The translations under genes and the position numbers were made by a program. A stretch of DNA of 64,000 nucleotides from positions 1 to 64,000 of IMG/VR virus record IMGVR_UViG_2772190736_000001; one strand, 5' to 3'. Shown here one piece after another: positions 48,089 through 57,009 of this stretch. This stretch comes from a virus. Its lineage: Duplodnaviria; Caudoviricetes. How positions within the stretch are numbered: position 1 is the stretch's first letter; every line of letters begins with the position of its first letter. The notes under the pieces are model-generated. The model did no database searches and was not told the DNA's origin. It was given only the letters and a program-made list of their open reading frames with translations.

Positions 48089-48898
48089 TCAGGCTGCGTC
48101 GTCGGTGCGCAGGCCCATCCGGATAGCGCGGGCGCGGGCAGCGTCGCGGAGCGTGTCCTTGCCCGCGGCCGGGGTGCGGGCGGGAGGTCCGCCGGCCGGG
48201 GCGCCGCTGGGGGCGGGCGGCAGACCCTGGGGGGTGGGGGTGCCACCGAACAGGGTGCTGCGGCGCTCCTTGAGGGCTTCGGCGGCCGCGGTGATGGCGG
48301 CGTCGTCGGCGTCCTCAGCCACGCGGGACCGGACGAGTTCGAAGGCGTCGTCCAGGTCGTCGCCGGTGGCGCCGAGCTTGACGAGCGCGGCGCGGACGCG
48401 GGTCTCGCGCTCTCGTACGGCGGCGGCCTGTTCCTGTGCCTTTGCGGCGGCCTCGCGGGCGGCGAGCTGCTGCTCCCGGGTATTGAGCTCCTCGGCGCGG
48501 CGCTGCTCTTCGGTGAGCTGGGCCTGCCGGGCGGTCTGGGCGTCCTTGAGGAGCTGGGCGACCTGGGTGGGGTCGAGGTTGTCGGTGGGGAGGCCGGCGG
48601 CTTCGGCGATGGCGCGGAGCGCGGCGTTGCGGCCTTCGTCCTTCTCGTTCTTCATCAGGACGTTCAGGCGCCGCTGGGTGATAGTGACCTTGTCCTCGTC
48701 GTCGCCGGTGGCCGCGGTGGCGGGCGGTACGGCGGGCGGGGTGACGGCGGCCTGCTGCGGCATGTTCGCCGGTGTCGGCGGCGCGGGCGGGGTGGCGGGG
48801 TCGCCGTTGTAGAAGACGGCCATGCCCTGGATGCCGGTGTAGGGGCGGGCCCAGGCAGTGTCGTGCACGGTGGGGCGGTACAGCGCGGGGCGGCGCAT
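48089..48898 (-). CDS. Capsid scaffolding protein
   Basis: Coiled coil, LTE.QR, LF, Pro-rich tail; between portal and decoration gene. Confidence 0.75.
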   Translation of the reverse strand: MRRPALYRPTVHDTAWARPYTGIQGMAVFYNGDPATPPAPPTPANMPQQAAVTPPAVPPATAATGDDEDKVTITQRRLNVLMKNEKDEGRNAALRAIAEAAGLPTDNLDPTQVAQLLKDAQTARQAQLTEEQRRAEELNTREQQLAAREAAAKAQEQAAAVRERETRVRAALVKLGATGDDLDDAFELVRSRVAEDADDAAITAAAEALKERRSTLFGGTPTPQGLPPAPSGAPAGGPPARTPAAGKDTLRDAARARAIRMGLRTDDAA

Positions 48899-49040
48899 GG
48901 GGGCACTACCTCCCAAGGAGTGTGTCGTCGGCCCCGCGCCTTGATCCAAGGAGAGCACACTCCATACGGATCGGTCCCCCTGCTCCTCCTGGACCCCGAA
49001 ATCTCAGCGCGTTCCGCCCCTCGGCCCGTATGTTTCTCCG

Positions 49041-49958
49041 ATGAGACGCGGATGGAAAGAGCTGGCCGAACCCATCGAGCAGCTGTGCCGGGTTTTCGAG
49101 ACCAGCGCGTCCGTGCATGAGGGATTCTCCTCAACGTCCCGTGCCGCTGATGAGGCGCGAGACCGAACGCTCGATGGCCCCTGGGGCGCTCGTGTCACAC
49201 GAGACGCAAACGTCACTGCTCAGGCCATTGCGGTGCTGATGATGGACAACCTGGGCTCGCTCGTCGACATCATCAACAGCCCGCGTGGGGTCTACTCGGG
49301 ATTCACCATGACGCGCGCTGTGGTCGACTCTGCGACTGGGGCCTGGTACCTCATGGATCCGGAAATTGACGTCCGCGAACGAGTTCGTCGGTTCATGAAC
49401 TTTCGCCTTGTCAGCTCTCACGAGCGCGGGCGGCTGCTCCCTGAGGAATGGGACGATCGCCGAGCCCGGATGATTCGCGAGGAGTCGCGCGAGGAGACCG
49501 AGAGGATCCTTCAGGGCGCCCGGCTGCACGGCTACCAGGTGACGGCAGCGAGCGGCATGAGGGCCCCGTTTCTAGGGGACCGCCTGCCAAGCACGACTGC
49601 GTTGGCCAGCCAAGTCGTTCCCCGGGACAACCCTCTTGGACGAACGTCCTGGAAGCTCACCTCTGCAGTCACTCACGGGACTCTGTATGCCATCTCCATG
49701 GCTTTCGAGACGGTCGGCGTAAGCGAGGACCCTACTCACGGCGATGTAGCCGTACGTCCTCGCCTCAGCCCTCGTAACGCTGCGGCACAGTTCTCCGCAG
49801 CGCCCTTGGCAGCGATCTCGACTCTGGTACGGCTGTACCGCCAGTTCGGTTGGGACATGCAGGAGCTGGTCCAAGCATCTGCCGCAGTGGAGGCGATGCT
49901 GTGGGAGTTCATGCGCGTTCTGTCTCCTCGGGAGACTCCAGCGACGTTTCGTCCGTGA
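49041..49958 (+). CDS. Accessory (moron-like) helical protein, possible HEPN-like defence gene
   Basis: Opposite strand, lower GC; R..VD..A..WY..DP and WK..S..THG motifs. Confidence 0.6.
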   Translation: MRRGWKELAEPIEQLCRVFETSASVHEGFSSTSRAADEARDRTLDGPWGARVTRDANVTAQAIAVLMMDNLGSLVDIINSPRGVYSGFTMTRAVVDSATGAWYLMDPEIDVRERVRRFMNFRLVSSHERGRLLPEEWDDRRARMIREESREETERILQGARLHGYQVTAASGMRAPFLGDRLPSTTALASQVVPRDNPLGRTSWKLTSAVTHGTLYAISMAFETVGVSEDPTHGDVAVRPRLSPRNAAAQFSAAPLAAISTLVRLYRQFGWDMQELVQASAAVEAMLWEFMRVLSPRETPATFRP

Positions 49959-51777
49959 CCGGGAGCTGGACGACAGGCGGGGCGGGGTCGGGGTTGATGT
50001 CGATGCCGAGGTAGGTGGCGACCGCGTCGGTGGAGCCAGTGGCGTCGGCGAGGTAGCGGGCCTGTTCGAAGCGGCGGGCCTGGATCTGGGCGATCTCGGT
50101 CTCGGCGTCGTCCATCGGCCAGCCTGCTTCGGCGAGGATCCTTACGGCGGTCTCGAGGGACATGACGCCGGCGGTGACGGCCTCGGAGACCTGGGTGAGG
50201 ACGGCGGCCTTGTCGGTGGGGGTGTACGGGCCGAAGGAGAGCAGGGCCCGCTGGGTCTGGACGCCGGTCCAGTCGGGGTGCGCTCCGGCGAGGGACATGC
50301 GTTGGACGAACTTGAGGAGCAGGGCGTACTTGTGGGCGCGGGCGAGGCGCATGGAGCCGACGAGGGAGTCAAGCGGGCCGAGGGAGATCTCCAGGGCGTA
50401 GCCGGAGGGGACTTCGGAGGGGTTGACGGTGCCGAGGGTTACGGCGGGCAGGCGGGCGATCGTGGCGGCCCGTTCGGACAGGTCGGTGCGCTGGTTGCGG
50501 AGCTCGGCGAGCTGGGGGGAGGTGTCGACGGCGTCGAGGCGGCCGCCTTCGGGGAGCTCGAGGACGGTGCCGGGGGCGACGGCGAGTTCGCTGCGGCCGT
50601 TGGATCGTCCGCCGGAGAGCGCGATGATCGGGGAGCCGGTGGTGGCGGAGGCCTTTGCGGAGTCGGTGTCGGTGCCGGCCAGCTCGTCGAAGACCTGCAG
50701 CACCTTCGCCAGGCTGGATGTGCCCCAGTGCTCTTCGGCGTCGGGGACGGTGTTGGGGACGTGGATCACTGGGATGAAGTCGAGGTAGAGGTCGAGGTGG
50801 TCGAGGACTTCGCCGGTCGGGCCGGTGGCGTACTGGGCCTTGTCCATGGGGAGGTTGTCGACGTCGTGGGGGGCTTTGAGGTCGCCGAGGTCCCAGGTGG
50901 CGTCGGTGAGGTAGCAGGTGACGTACGACGGGGTGTCGTTCCACAGGTACTGGCGGGCGATGAACCCGGACTCGGTGGGGATGTCGCCGCGGCCGAGGAC
51001 CGGTTGGGCGGGGGCGTCGCCGTCGGTGTCGGTCATGACGGGGGCGCGGACGGGCCGGCCGGTGCGGTCGACGCCGGAGGCGGTGACGGGCCGGATCCAG
51101 TCGAGTTCGTAGGTGATGCGGCGCAGCCGCGCGGGCAGGCCGCGCTTCTTGTCTGCGGGAAGGTCCCAGGCGAGGTGGACGCGTTCGGGGTAGTCGGAGG
51201 CGTCGCCGTCTTCGGCGAGGACCGGGTAGTAGAAGCCGGGGTCGAACGCCTTGAGGCGCACCCTGCCCTTGTTGGGGTCCCAGGCCAGGAGGTAGACGCC
51301 GTCGCCGAGGGTCACGGCCTTGCGTTCGGTCTGGATCATCCGCATGGACAGGAGCTCGTCCTCGGCCCAGTCGCGCAGGAGGGTTTGGACGCGTTCGGCC
51401 ATCGCCTGGTCGGTGTCGGGGGTGTCGGTGTCGGTCTGTTCGGCGCTGGGGACGACGATGGTCTGCTCGCGGCCGAGGACGTTGGCGAGGATGGTCTCGA
51501 TGAACATGGACGGGTCGCCGAACTCGCGGCGGTCGCTGGCGGTGGGGTCGCGTAGCTGGGCGAGTTCGGCGGCCTGGTTGTTGGCGTAGGCGGCGAGGAG
51601 CTTGTAGGCGGCCAGGCGTCGCTCGTCGCCGGCCGGGACCCAGGAAGCGGCGGCTTCGGGGAAGGCGCGGCGGTGGGGCATGCCGAGGGTGTCGGAGTAG
51701 ATGGGCTTGTAGTTTGCCCATCCCCAGGCGTCGATGACGACGTCCTTGATGCCACTGAGCAGGCCCACGGGGCGCAC
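49909..51777 (-). CDS. Portal protein
   Basis: LGDG.Y...WD, DP..YYP, IPVIHVPN, WG.S, SG.AL, MSLETAV; first gene of head module. Confidence 0.82.
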   Translation of the reverse strand: MRPVGLLSGIKDVVIDAWGWANYKPIYSDTLGMPHRRAFPEAAASWVPAGDERRLAAYKLLAAYANNQAAELAQLRDPTASDRREFGDPSMFIETILANVLGREQTIVVPSAEQTDTDTPDTDQAMAERVQTLLRDWAEDELLSMRMIQTERKAVTLGDGVYLLAWDPNKGRVRLKAFDPGFYYPVLAEDGDASDYPERVHLAWDLPADKKRGLPARLRRITYELDWIRPVTASGVDRTGRPVRAPVMTDTDGDAPAQPVLGRGDIPTESGFIARQYLWNDTPSYVTCYLTDATWDLGDLKAPHDVDNLPMDKAQYATGPTGEVLDHLDLYLDFIPVIHVPNTVPDAEEHWGTSSLAKVLQVFDELAGTDTDSAKASATTGSPIIALSGGRSNGRSELAVAPGTVLELPEGGRLDAVDTSPQLAELRNQRTDLSERAATIARLPAVTLGTVNPSEVPSGYALEISLGPLDSLVGSMRLARAHKYALLLKFVQRMSLAGAHPDWTGVQTQRALLSFGPYTPTDKAAVLTQVSEAVTAGVMSLETAVRILAEAGWPMDDAETEIAQIQARRFEQARYLADATGSTDAVATYLGIDINPDPAPPVVQLPVTDETSLESPEETERA

Positions 51778-51818
51778 CTTTCCGGTGTCGGGCCCCGCGC
51801 CTTGTGATCAGCGTACGG

Positions 51819-52715
51819 CTACACGCCGCTGGCACTCCCCCGGGCTCGCTCCAGAGCCTTGCGGTACTTGCGGAGCCGGTTGTTCTGGTACCAGTCGAAG
51901 CGCCGGATGGTGAAGGAGTCTCTCCACCCGGCGATCCTGCTGTGTACGAGCTGCATGCGCGGATCGAGGAGCCGGGTCTGGTCCTGATCGGGTCCGAAGG
52001 AGTTACCGAAGAGCGATGCGTCTCCGGCCTCGCGGAAGAACGCGGTGCCCACGAGGACAGTGTTGATGCGGGCAACCGACCGGAATGCCTTGTGCTCGGC
52101 ATCGGTCATCCCCTTCTCCACGTTGATCGGGGGCATGGGTTCGTAGCCGATGTCGTTGACGCCGACGTACCAGGTCCGGTAGCCGCCCGGGTTGCCGAAG
52201 TAGAAGGACTCGATGTAGGTGAAGCGACGGGCCCCAATCCAGGGCCAAAAGTCGTCTGGCTCCGGCATCGCACCAATGCGGGTTTTACCGAGTTTCACCA
52301 GGGTGTTTCCGACGAGAAGTCGGGGGCGGAACCACCGGCTGGTGGTGGTGATGCCGTAGATCTCAACAGTGCTCTCGGTCGACCAGGTGACCAGATAGCC
52401 GAACCGACCGAGCTTCCACGTCCGCTTGGTGAGTTCTACCTCCAGGTCCTTGTCGGGCACCGGGTTCTCGGGCTGGTACCGGTGGACCGTGCACGGGGAG
52501 ACCCACGTCGGCTCGCCAAAGAGCTCCTGCATGTAGTCCGGGCTGACCCAGGGGGCGACCTTCCGGACCCGAGATATGACGTGGCGGCGTCGTCCGAGGG
52601 TGCTGCGCCAACCGGCCGCCGCCGTCTTCATCAGGGTGAGGGTGGCAACGATGGTGGCGGCAAGGGTCCACACGTTCAAGGTGGTGCTGTACCAAGGCTG
52701 ATCAGCTACGGGCAT
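51819..52715 (-). CDS. Accessory membrane-anchored hypothetical protein
   Basis: N-terminal hydrophobic segment; LFGEP, GARRF.Y.E..YFGNPG.Y; atypical codon usage. Confidence 0.65.
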   Translation of the reverse strand: MPVADQPWYSTTLNVWTLAATIVATLTLMKTAAAGWRSTLGRRRHVISRVRKVAPWVSPDYMQELFGEPTWVSPCTVHRYQPENPVPDKDLEVELTKRTWKLGRFGYLVTWSTESTVEIYGITTTSRWFRPRLLVGNTLVKLGKTRIGAMPEPDDFWPWIGARRFTYIESFYFGNPGGYRTWYVGVNDIGYEPMPPINVEKGMTDAEHKAFRSVARINTVLVGTAFFREAGDASLFGNSFGPDQDQTRLLDPRMQLVHSRIAGWRDSFTIRRFDWYQNNRLRKYRKALERARGSASGV

Positions 52716-52970
52716 GGCGGAAGCATGCAACACAGCGCGGCTGCGCGGTACGGCATTTGACAGGGCTCATCGGCTCTACGCTCCCGAAGCTGCCACGAAG
52801 TGACAAGTAGCTCTCTGTAATCGCGCTTGACCTGCGGTGATGCTGTGGTACCTGGTGCCGACTTCACGGCGAAGGCAACACGCTGACATCGGATCAGCGC
52901 GTTGACCTGCAAGGTTCTCGAAGCTCCGGATTCGTGAACTCACCGCATGGCCCGGTACTCCCGAAGGTGT

Positions 52971-53001
52971 CGCCCGCCCCGTGTGTTGCCCGGGGCGGGC
53001 G
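52971..53001 (-). terminator. Hairpin after type III PKS
   Basis: CGCCCGCCCCG...CGGGGCGGGCG. Confidence 0.6.
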
Positions 53002-53019
53002 CGGCTGCTCGGTGGACCT

Positions 53020-54159
53020 TCAGGTGGTGTGCCAGGTGCCGCGGAGGGCGGCGGTGGTGAATCCGGGGCCGTAGGCGACGACCACGCCGGCGGCGCCATC
53101 CTCGGGCGGGTCGGCGTAGGTGCGCTCGAGGACGCGGAGGATCGATACGCCGCCGAGGTTGCCTTCTTCGGTGAGGGTGGCGGTGGAGTGGCGGGTGTCG
53201 ACGTCGTCGAGGCCGAGGGCGCGTGCGGTGTCGGTGATGATGCGGGGGCTGCCGGGATGGATCGCGGCCCAGTCGACGCTCTGGTCGGGGCCGATCCAGT
53301 CGAGGACGGTGGGCAGGACGTCGTCGGCGGCGGTGAGGGCTTCCTTCGTGGAGTCGAAGTGGAAGCCGTCGGTTCCGATGCGGCCGCTGTAGCGGTCGAC
53401 GCTGCCGGGCAGGACGTATTCGAGGGTGTCGTCGGGGCCGGCGATGTGGAGGCCGGGGCCGAGGGGCTGGTCGGAGACGATGCAGGCGGCGGCGGAGTCG
53501 CCGAACAGAGCCTTGTAGATCATCGCCTCGATCGAGGTGTCGTTGTGGTTGTAGACGCTCGAGATGATCTCGGCGGCGATGACGAGGACCTTGGAGCCGG
53601 GTCGGGCGGCGATGAGGTCGACGGCGCGGGTGAGGGCCTGGGTGCCGCCGGCGCAGGCCATGGTGGTCAGGGCGATCCGGCGGACGGTCGGTCTGAGGCC
53701 GAGGGCGGCTATGAGGTGGATGTCGAGGTTGGGGACGGACCAGCCGGTGGAGTGGGTGGTGATGATCGCGTCGATGTCCGGATAGCTGCCGGGGTCGGGT
53801 CCGGGCGTGAGGCCGGCGGCGGCAAGGGCCTGCTGGGCGGCGTTGGTGGCCAGGGCCAGGGCGTCGGTGAAGGCGGCGGTGGAGCGTTCCTCGATGGTGG
53901 CGTCGCCGGACACGGTGGCGGCGGTGAGCGGCCGGCTGAAGTAGCGGGTCTGCACGCCGAGGTTCCCGATGACGCGGGGTATGACGCGCAGCTGCGGGTG
54001 GTCGGGGTGGCGGCCGGCGATGTCGTCGATGATTTCGCTGGTCGTCACCTTGTGGGTGGGCAGGGTTGTGATGGGGCGGGAGATGTAGGGCACGTGGTCC
54101 TCCGGCACGGTGGCGGTCGTCGTGGGGGTGCGGAGTGGGGGTGCGGTCAACGTACACAC
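53020..54159 (-). CDS. Type III polyketide synthase (chalcone synthase/RppA/PhlD superfamily); start may be 54108 or 54093
   Basis: Catalytic Cys (MACAGG), His (IHPGS), Asn (GNLGG); ALFGD.AAA; AYGPGFT. Confidence 0.92.
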   Translation of the reverse strand: MCTLTAPPLRTPTTTATVPEDHVPYISRPITTLPTHKVTTSEIIDDIAGRHPDHPQLRVIPRVIGNLGVQTRYFSRPLTAATVSGDATIEERSTAAFTDALALATNAAQQALAAAGLTPGPDPGSYPDIDAIITTHSTGWSVPNLDIHLIAALGLRPTVRRIALTTMACAGGTQALTRAVDLIAARPGSKVLVIAAEIISSVYNHNDTSIEAMIYKALFGDSAAACIVSDQPLGPGLHIAGPDDTLEYVLPGSVDRYSGRIGTDGFHFDSTKEALTAADDVLPTVLDWIGPDQSVDWAAIHPGSPRIITDTARALGLDDVDTRHSTATLTEEGNLGGVSILRVLERTYADPPEDGAAGVVVAYGPGFTTAALRGTWHTT

Positions 54160-54192
54160 ATGCGGCGGAGTTGGTCCCCCCTGACCTGCGGC

Positions 54193-55029
54193 TCAGGTGG
54201 TCCGGCGGGCGCGGAGCATGGGCAGTCTGGTGTGCTGCTTCTTCTGCCCGGGGTGGTAGATGAGGACGATCAGACGAGCTCCTGGGGCGCCGAGGGGCAT
54301 GGCTGCGCACATGGTGACGTGCCCGGGGCCTTGGAGGGCGTGGTGTATGGGGCGTTCGTCGCCGTCGGGGTGGATGTGGGCGCCGCCGGATTCCCAGAGG
54401 GGTGCGAGATCGGGGTCGGCGCGGGCGTCTTCCGCGATTTTGAGGAGGGTTTCGTCTTCGGGGCGGAGGGCGAGCGCGGCGCGGAGCTGGGGCAGGACGA
54501 GGGGGGCCCAGACTGCTTTCCAGTCGGTGAGCATGGTGCGGCCGCGGGGGTCGAGGAGCATCCAGCGCATCGTGTTGGCGGGGACGTGGCTGTCGGGGAA
54601 GAGGTCGGCGAAGGCGGCGTTGTGGGCTATGAGGTTCCAGGAGGCGTCGTTGACGTAGGCGGGGTGGGCGATGCCGTCGACGGCTTCCTGCCAGACGCCG
54701 GGGATCTCGAGGCCGGAGGACGGGTTGAGGGGGTAGGGCGGGTCACCGATGCCGGCGTACCTGCACAGGCAGCCCCACTCCTGCTCGTTGAGGCCGAAGA
54801 GGCGGCCGACCTGCTCGAGGTAGTCGACCGGGGGGTTGGGGTAGCGGCCCGATTCGAGGCGGTAGTACGTGTTGGCGGCGCGGCCGGTGAGTTCGTCGAC
54901 CTGCTGCTGAGAGAGGCCGGCGGCGCGGCGGCCTTGACGGCTGGGCCGGGTGAGGCCGTGGTCTTCCGGTTCGATGAGATCGCGGCGCTCGGAGAGGAGC
55001 GCCTTGAGGGCCTTGCGGTTCATCTTCAT
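54193..55029 (-). CDS. XRE-family regulator with MmyB-like ligand-binding domain
   Basis: L..RR..I.P...GL......GRR..GLSQ..V...Y.RLESGR; PAYV.D..WNL.AHN; N..RW. Confidence 0.88.
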   Translation of the reverse strand: MKMNRKALKALLSERRDLIEPEDHGLTRPSRQGRRAAGLSQQQVDELTGRAANTYYRLESGRYPNPPVDYLEQVGRLFGLNEQEWGCLCRYAGIGDPPYPLNPSSGLEIPGVWQEAVDGIAHPAYVNDASWNLIAHNAAFADLFPDSHVPANTMRWMLLDPRGRTMLTDWKAVWAPLVLPQLRAALALRPEDETLLKIAEDARADPDLAPLWESGGAHIHPDGDERPIHHALQGPGHVTMCAAMPLGAPGARLIVLIYHPGQKKQHTRLPMLRARRTT

Positions 55030-55528
55030 CGTTGCCTTTCCCCCGTGTACCGTGCACGCGTGCCCTGGGAGTGTATTTATTGGTGCGCCGTTTCGTAATA
55101 AAAACTGCGCGTGGATTTCTGTCGGTTGAACGGTGAAGCTGTGCCCTGTGGGCGCGCTGACCTGCCGGGAAGCGGGGTAGGGCGGCCACACTGCAACACC
55201 CCAGGACGGTCCTGCGAGCGGCGGATACGCAATCCGTCAAATCGCCTTGTGGGAAAGTCCTGTTGCCCTCGTCGGGCTCCGGCAGGGGCGTTGCCGGACG
55301 GTGCTGTATTCCGTGCTTCGGTGCGGATTTCGCAGCTCGGCACCGTTCCGGTTCGCCTTGCCGGGGCTTTGAGGGCCCCTAGAGCTACGGTCGGCGTCGA
55401 CAATCGCCCCGATGCCGCGTCCTCGGTGCCGACCGTGAAGTACGGGTCAGGTGGCGCTTCCCCCGGCGCCCTCTGGCCAGCCGAGAAGGCCCCGGACGGT
55501 CACTCCACCCCCGTTCGGGGCCTTCGGT

Positions 55529-55861
55529 CTACCCGCCTTCGGATTCCGTGTCGTCGTCGACGAGCGCGTGCTCGGCGTGCGGGTAGCCGCAGGCGCCGGC
55601 GCCGAAGTAGCGGGCCTGGCACGGTCCGGGGCCTTCGTAGGTGTGGTGGGTGATCAGCCGGTGCTGGCCCTCCTCCTTCCGGACCGCGGCCATCACGTCC
55701 TTGGCGAGCGTCTCCGCCCATCCCCCGGGGACCATGGGCTGACCGGCTGGCCAGGTCAGCTTCTGCACCTGCTCGAGGACGGCCCTGTACCGAGGGTCCT
55801 TGCGGGCGTCGGCTCGGGCTCCGGGGTTGAAGTCGGTGAGGGCGGGTTCTGCGTCGGCCAC
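55529..55861 (-). CDS. Hypothetical protein
   Basis: AGGAGG RBS; C-terminal C...CG....H. Confidence 0.55.
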   Translation of the reverse strand: MADAEPALTDFNPGARADARKDPRYRAVLEQVQKLTWPAGQPMVPGGWAETLAKDVMAAVRKEEGQHRLITHHTYEGPGPCQARYFGAGACGYPHAEHALVDDDTESEGG

Positions 55862-55995
55862 AGGGCCTCCTGGTCGTAGGGCGGGCAGGTCCAGTCGAGG
55901 GCGATGGCGATCTGGCCATCGAGCGGGGCCGGCGTCGGGGCGGTGAGCTGCTGCTCCAGGGCGCCGAGGCGGGCGCGGGTCTCAGGCGTCGTCAC
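55756..55995 (-). CDS. Small hypothetical protein
   Basis: PLDGQ motif of small actinophage ORFs; overlaps next gene. Confidence 0.35.
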   Translation of the reverse strand: MTTPETRARLGALEQQLTAPTPAPLDGQIAIALDWTCPPYDQEALWPTQNPPSPTSTPEPEPTPARTLGTGPSSSRCRS

Positions 55996-56004
55996 CTGCT
56001 GTCC

Positions 56005-56697
56005 TCAGATCAGGGCGAGGGCGGACCGCTGAACGGTTTCCCCATGGGAGGCGATCAGGCGGAGCTTCGGGAACGACTTGACCGGCTCCTGCCCGGGAAC
56101 AGCGGGCCACTCGTCGGCGGACAGTCCGTACCCCGGCGGTCCCCAGCCTGAGTCGAACAGGATGTGCTTCGCGGCCTTCCGGTACTTCGGCTCCCAGTCC
56201 CAGGTGAAGAACAGCGGCAGGAGACCGCCGCGGTTCGGAATGGGTTCCGGTGCCACGGTGCAGCTGTGCCTGGCGCGCTTGTAGATCGGCGTGGCGTACT
56301 CGCGGCAGCGTTGGCGGTTGCAGAAGCCCCAGTGTCGAGACCAGCCGGTGACCGGGTCCCGTTCGCTGAAGCCGTGGACGGTGTTGCGTCCGCAGAGCCG
56401 GTCGACGCGGACCATGGGGGCCTGGCATCCGTTCGGGGTCTGGTCGTGGAGCTTGGAGTCGTAGCGGGGGACGTCGTCGGCGAGGTGGCGCCACATCTGC
56501 TCGTTGGTGGCGTTGAGGACTTCGCGGGTGCGGGTCCAGGTGGTGATCGTGGGGTCGTGGCGGCGGAGGTCCCGGAGACCGACCCAGCCGAGGGCGAGGA
56601 TGAGGTCGCGGGTGCCGGTGGGCATGCGGCGCTCGGTGTAGACGCGAGCGAGGAGCTGGTCGTAGCGGGCGAGCGCGTTCTTGTCGTCGATGCTCAC
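56005..56697 (-). CDS. Hypothetical Cys-containing protein
   Basis: GAGGAGG RBS; codon bias. Confidence 0.65.
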   Translation of the reverse strand: MSIDDKNALARYDQLLARVYTERRMPTGTRDLILALGWVGLRDLRRHDPTITTWTRTREVLNATNEQMWRHLADDVPRYDSKLHDQTPNGCQAPMVRVDRLCGRNTVHGFSERDPVTGWSRHWGFCNRQRCREYATPIYKRARHSCTVAPEPIPNRGGLLPLFFTWDWEPKYRKAAKHILFDSGWGPPGYGLSADEWPAVPGQEPVKSFPKLRLIASHGETVQRSALALI

Positions 56698-56698
56698 C

Positions 56699-57007
56699 TC
56701 AGTCCTCCTCTCCGGTCTTCTTCTGCCGGTGCAGGGGCCAGGCGGAGGCTCCGCGGAGGCGGTCGGCGTCGATGTCGATGACGCCGAGTTCCAGGAGGTG
56801 GAGAAGGGCTTCGTGGACGGCGCCGTCGATGGCGGTCATGAGAGGCATGGGGTTCTTCAGCGGGCCGTCGGGGCTGTTGCAGGCCCAGGCCATCGCGGCG
56901 GAGCCGGCGACCCGGTTGATGATGGCGAAGTCGCTGCCTTTGCCGGTGTCGACCGGGATGCGGCCCCAGTCGTTGAGGCCGGTGGGAGTCGGGGGCTTGG
57001 TCGTCAT
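56699..57007 (-). CDS. Hypothetical protein
   Basis: GAGGA RBS. Confidence 0.6.
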   Translation of the reverse strand: MTTKPPTPTGLNDWGRIPVDTGKGSDFAIINRVAGSAAMAWACNSPDGPLKNPMPLMTAIDGAVHEALLHLLELGVIDIDADRLRGASAWPLHRQKKTGEED

Positions 57008-57009
57008 GG

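Noticed and set aside
55030-55191. N-terminal extension of the MmyB-like ORF containing TTA codons (possible bldA control)
   Set aside because: Family similarity begins near 55029 after an AAAGG RBS; the extension is AT-rich and looks like promoter DNA.
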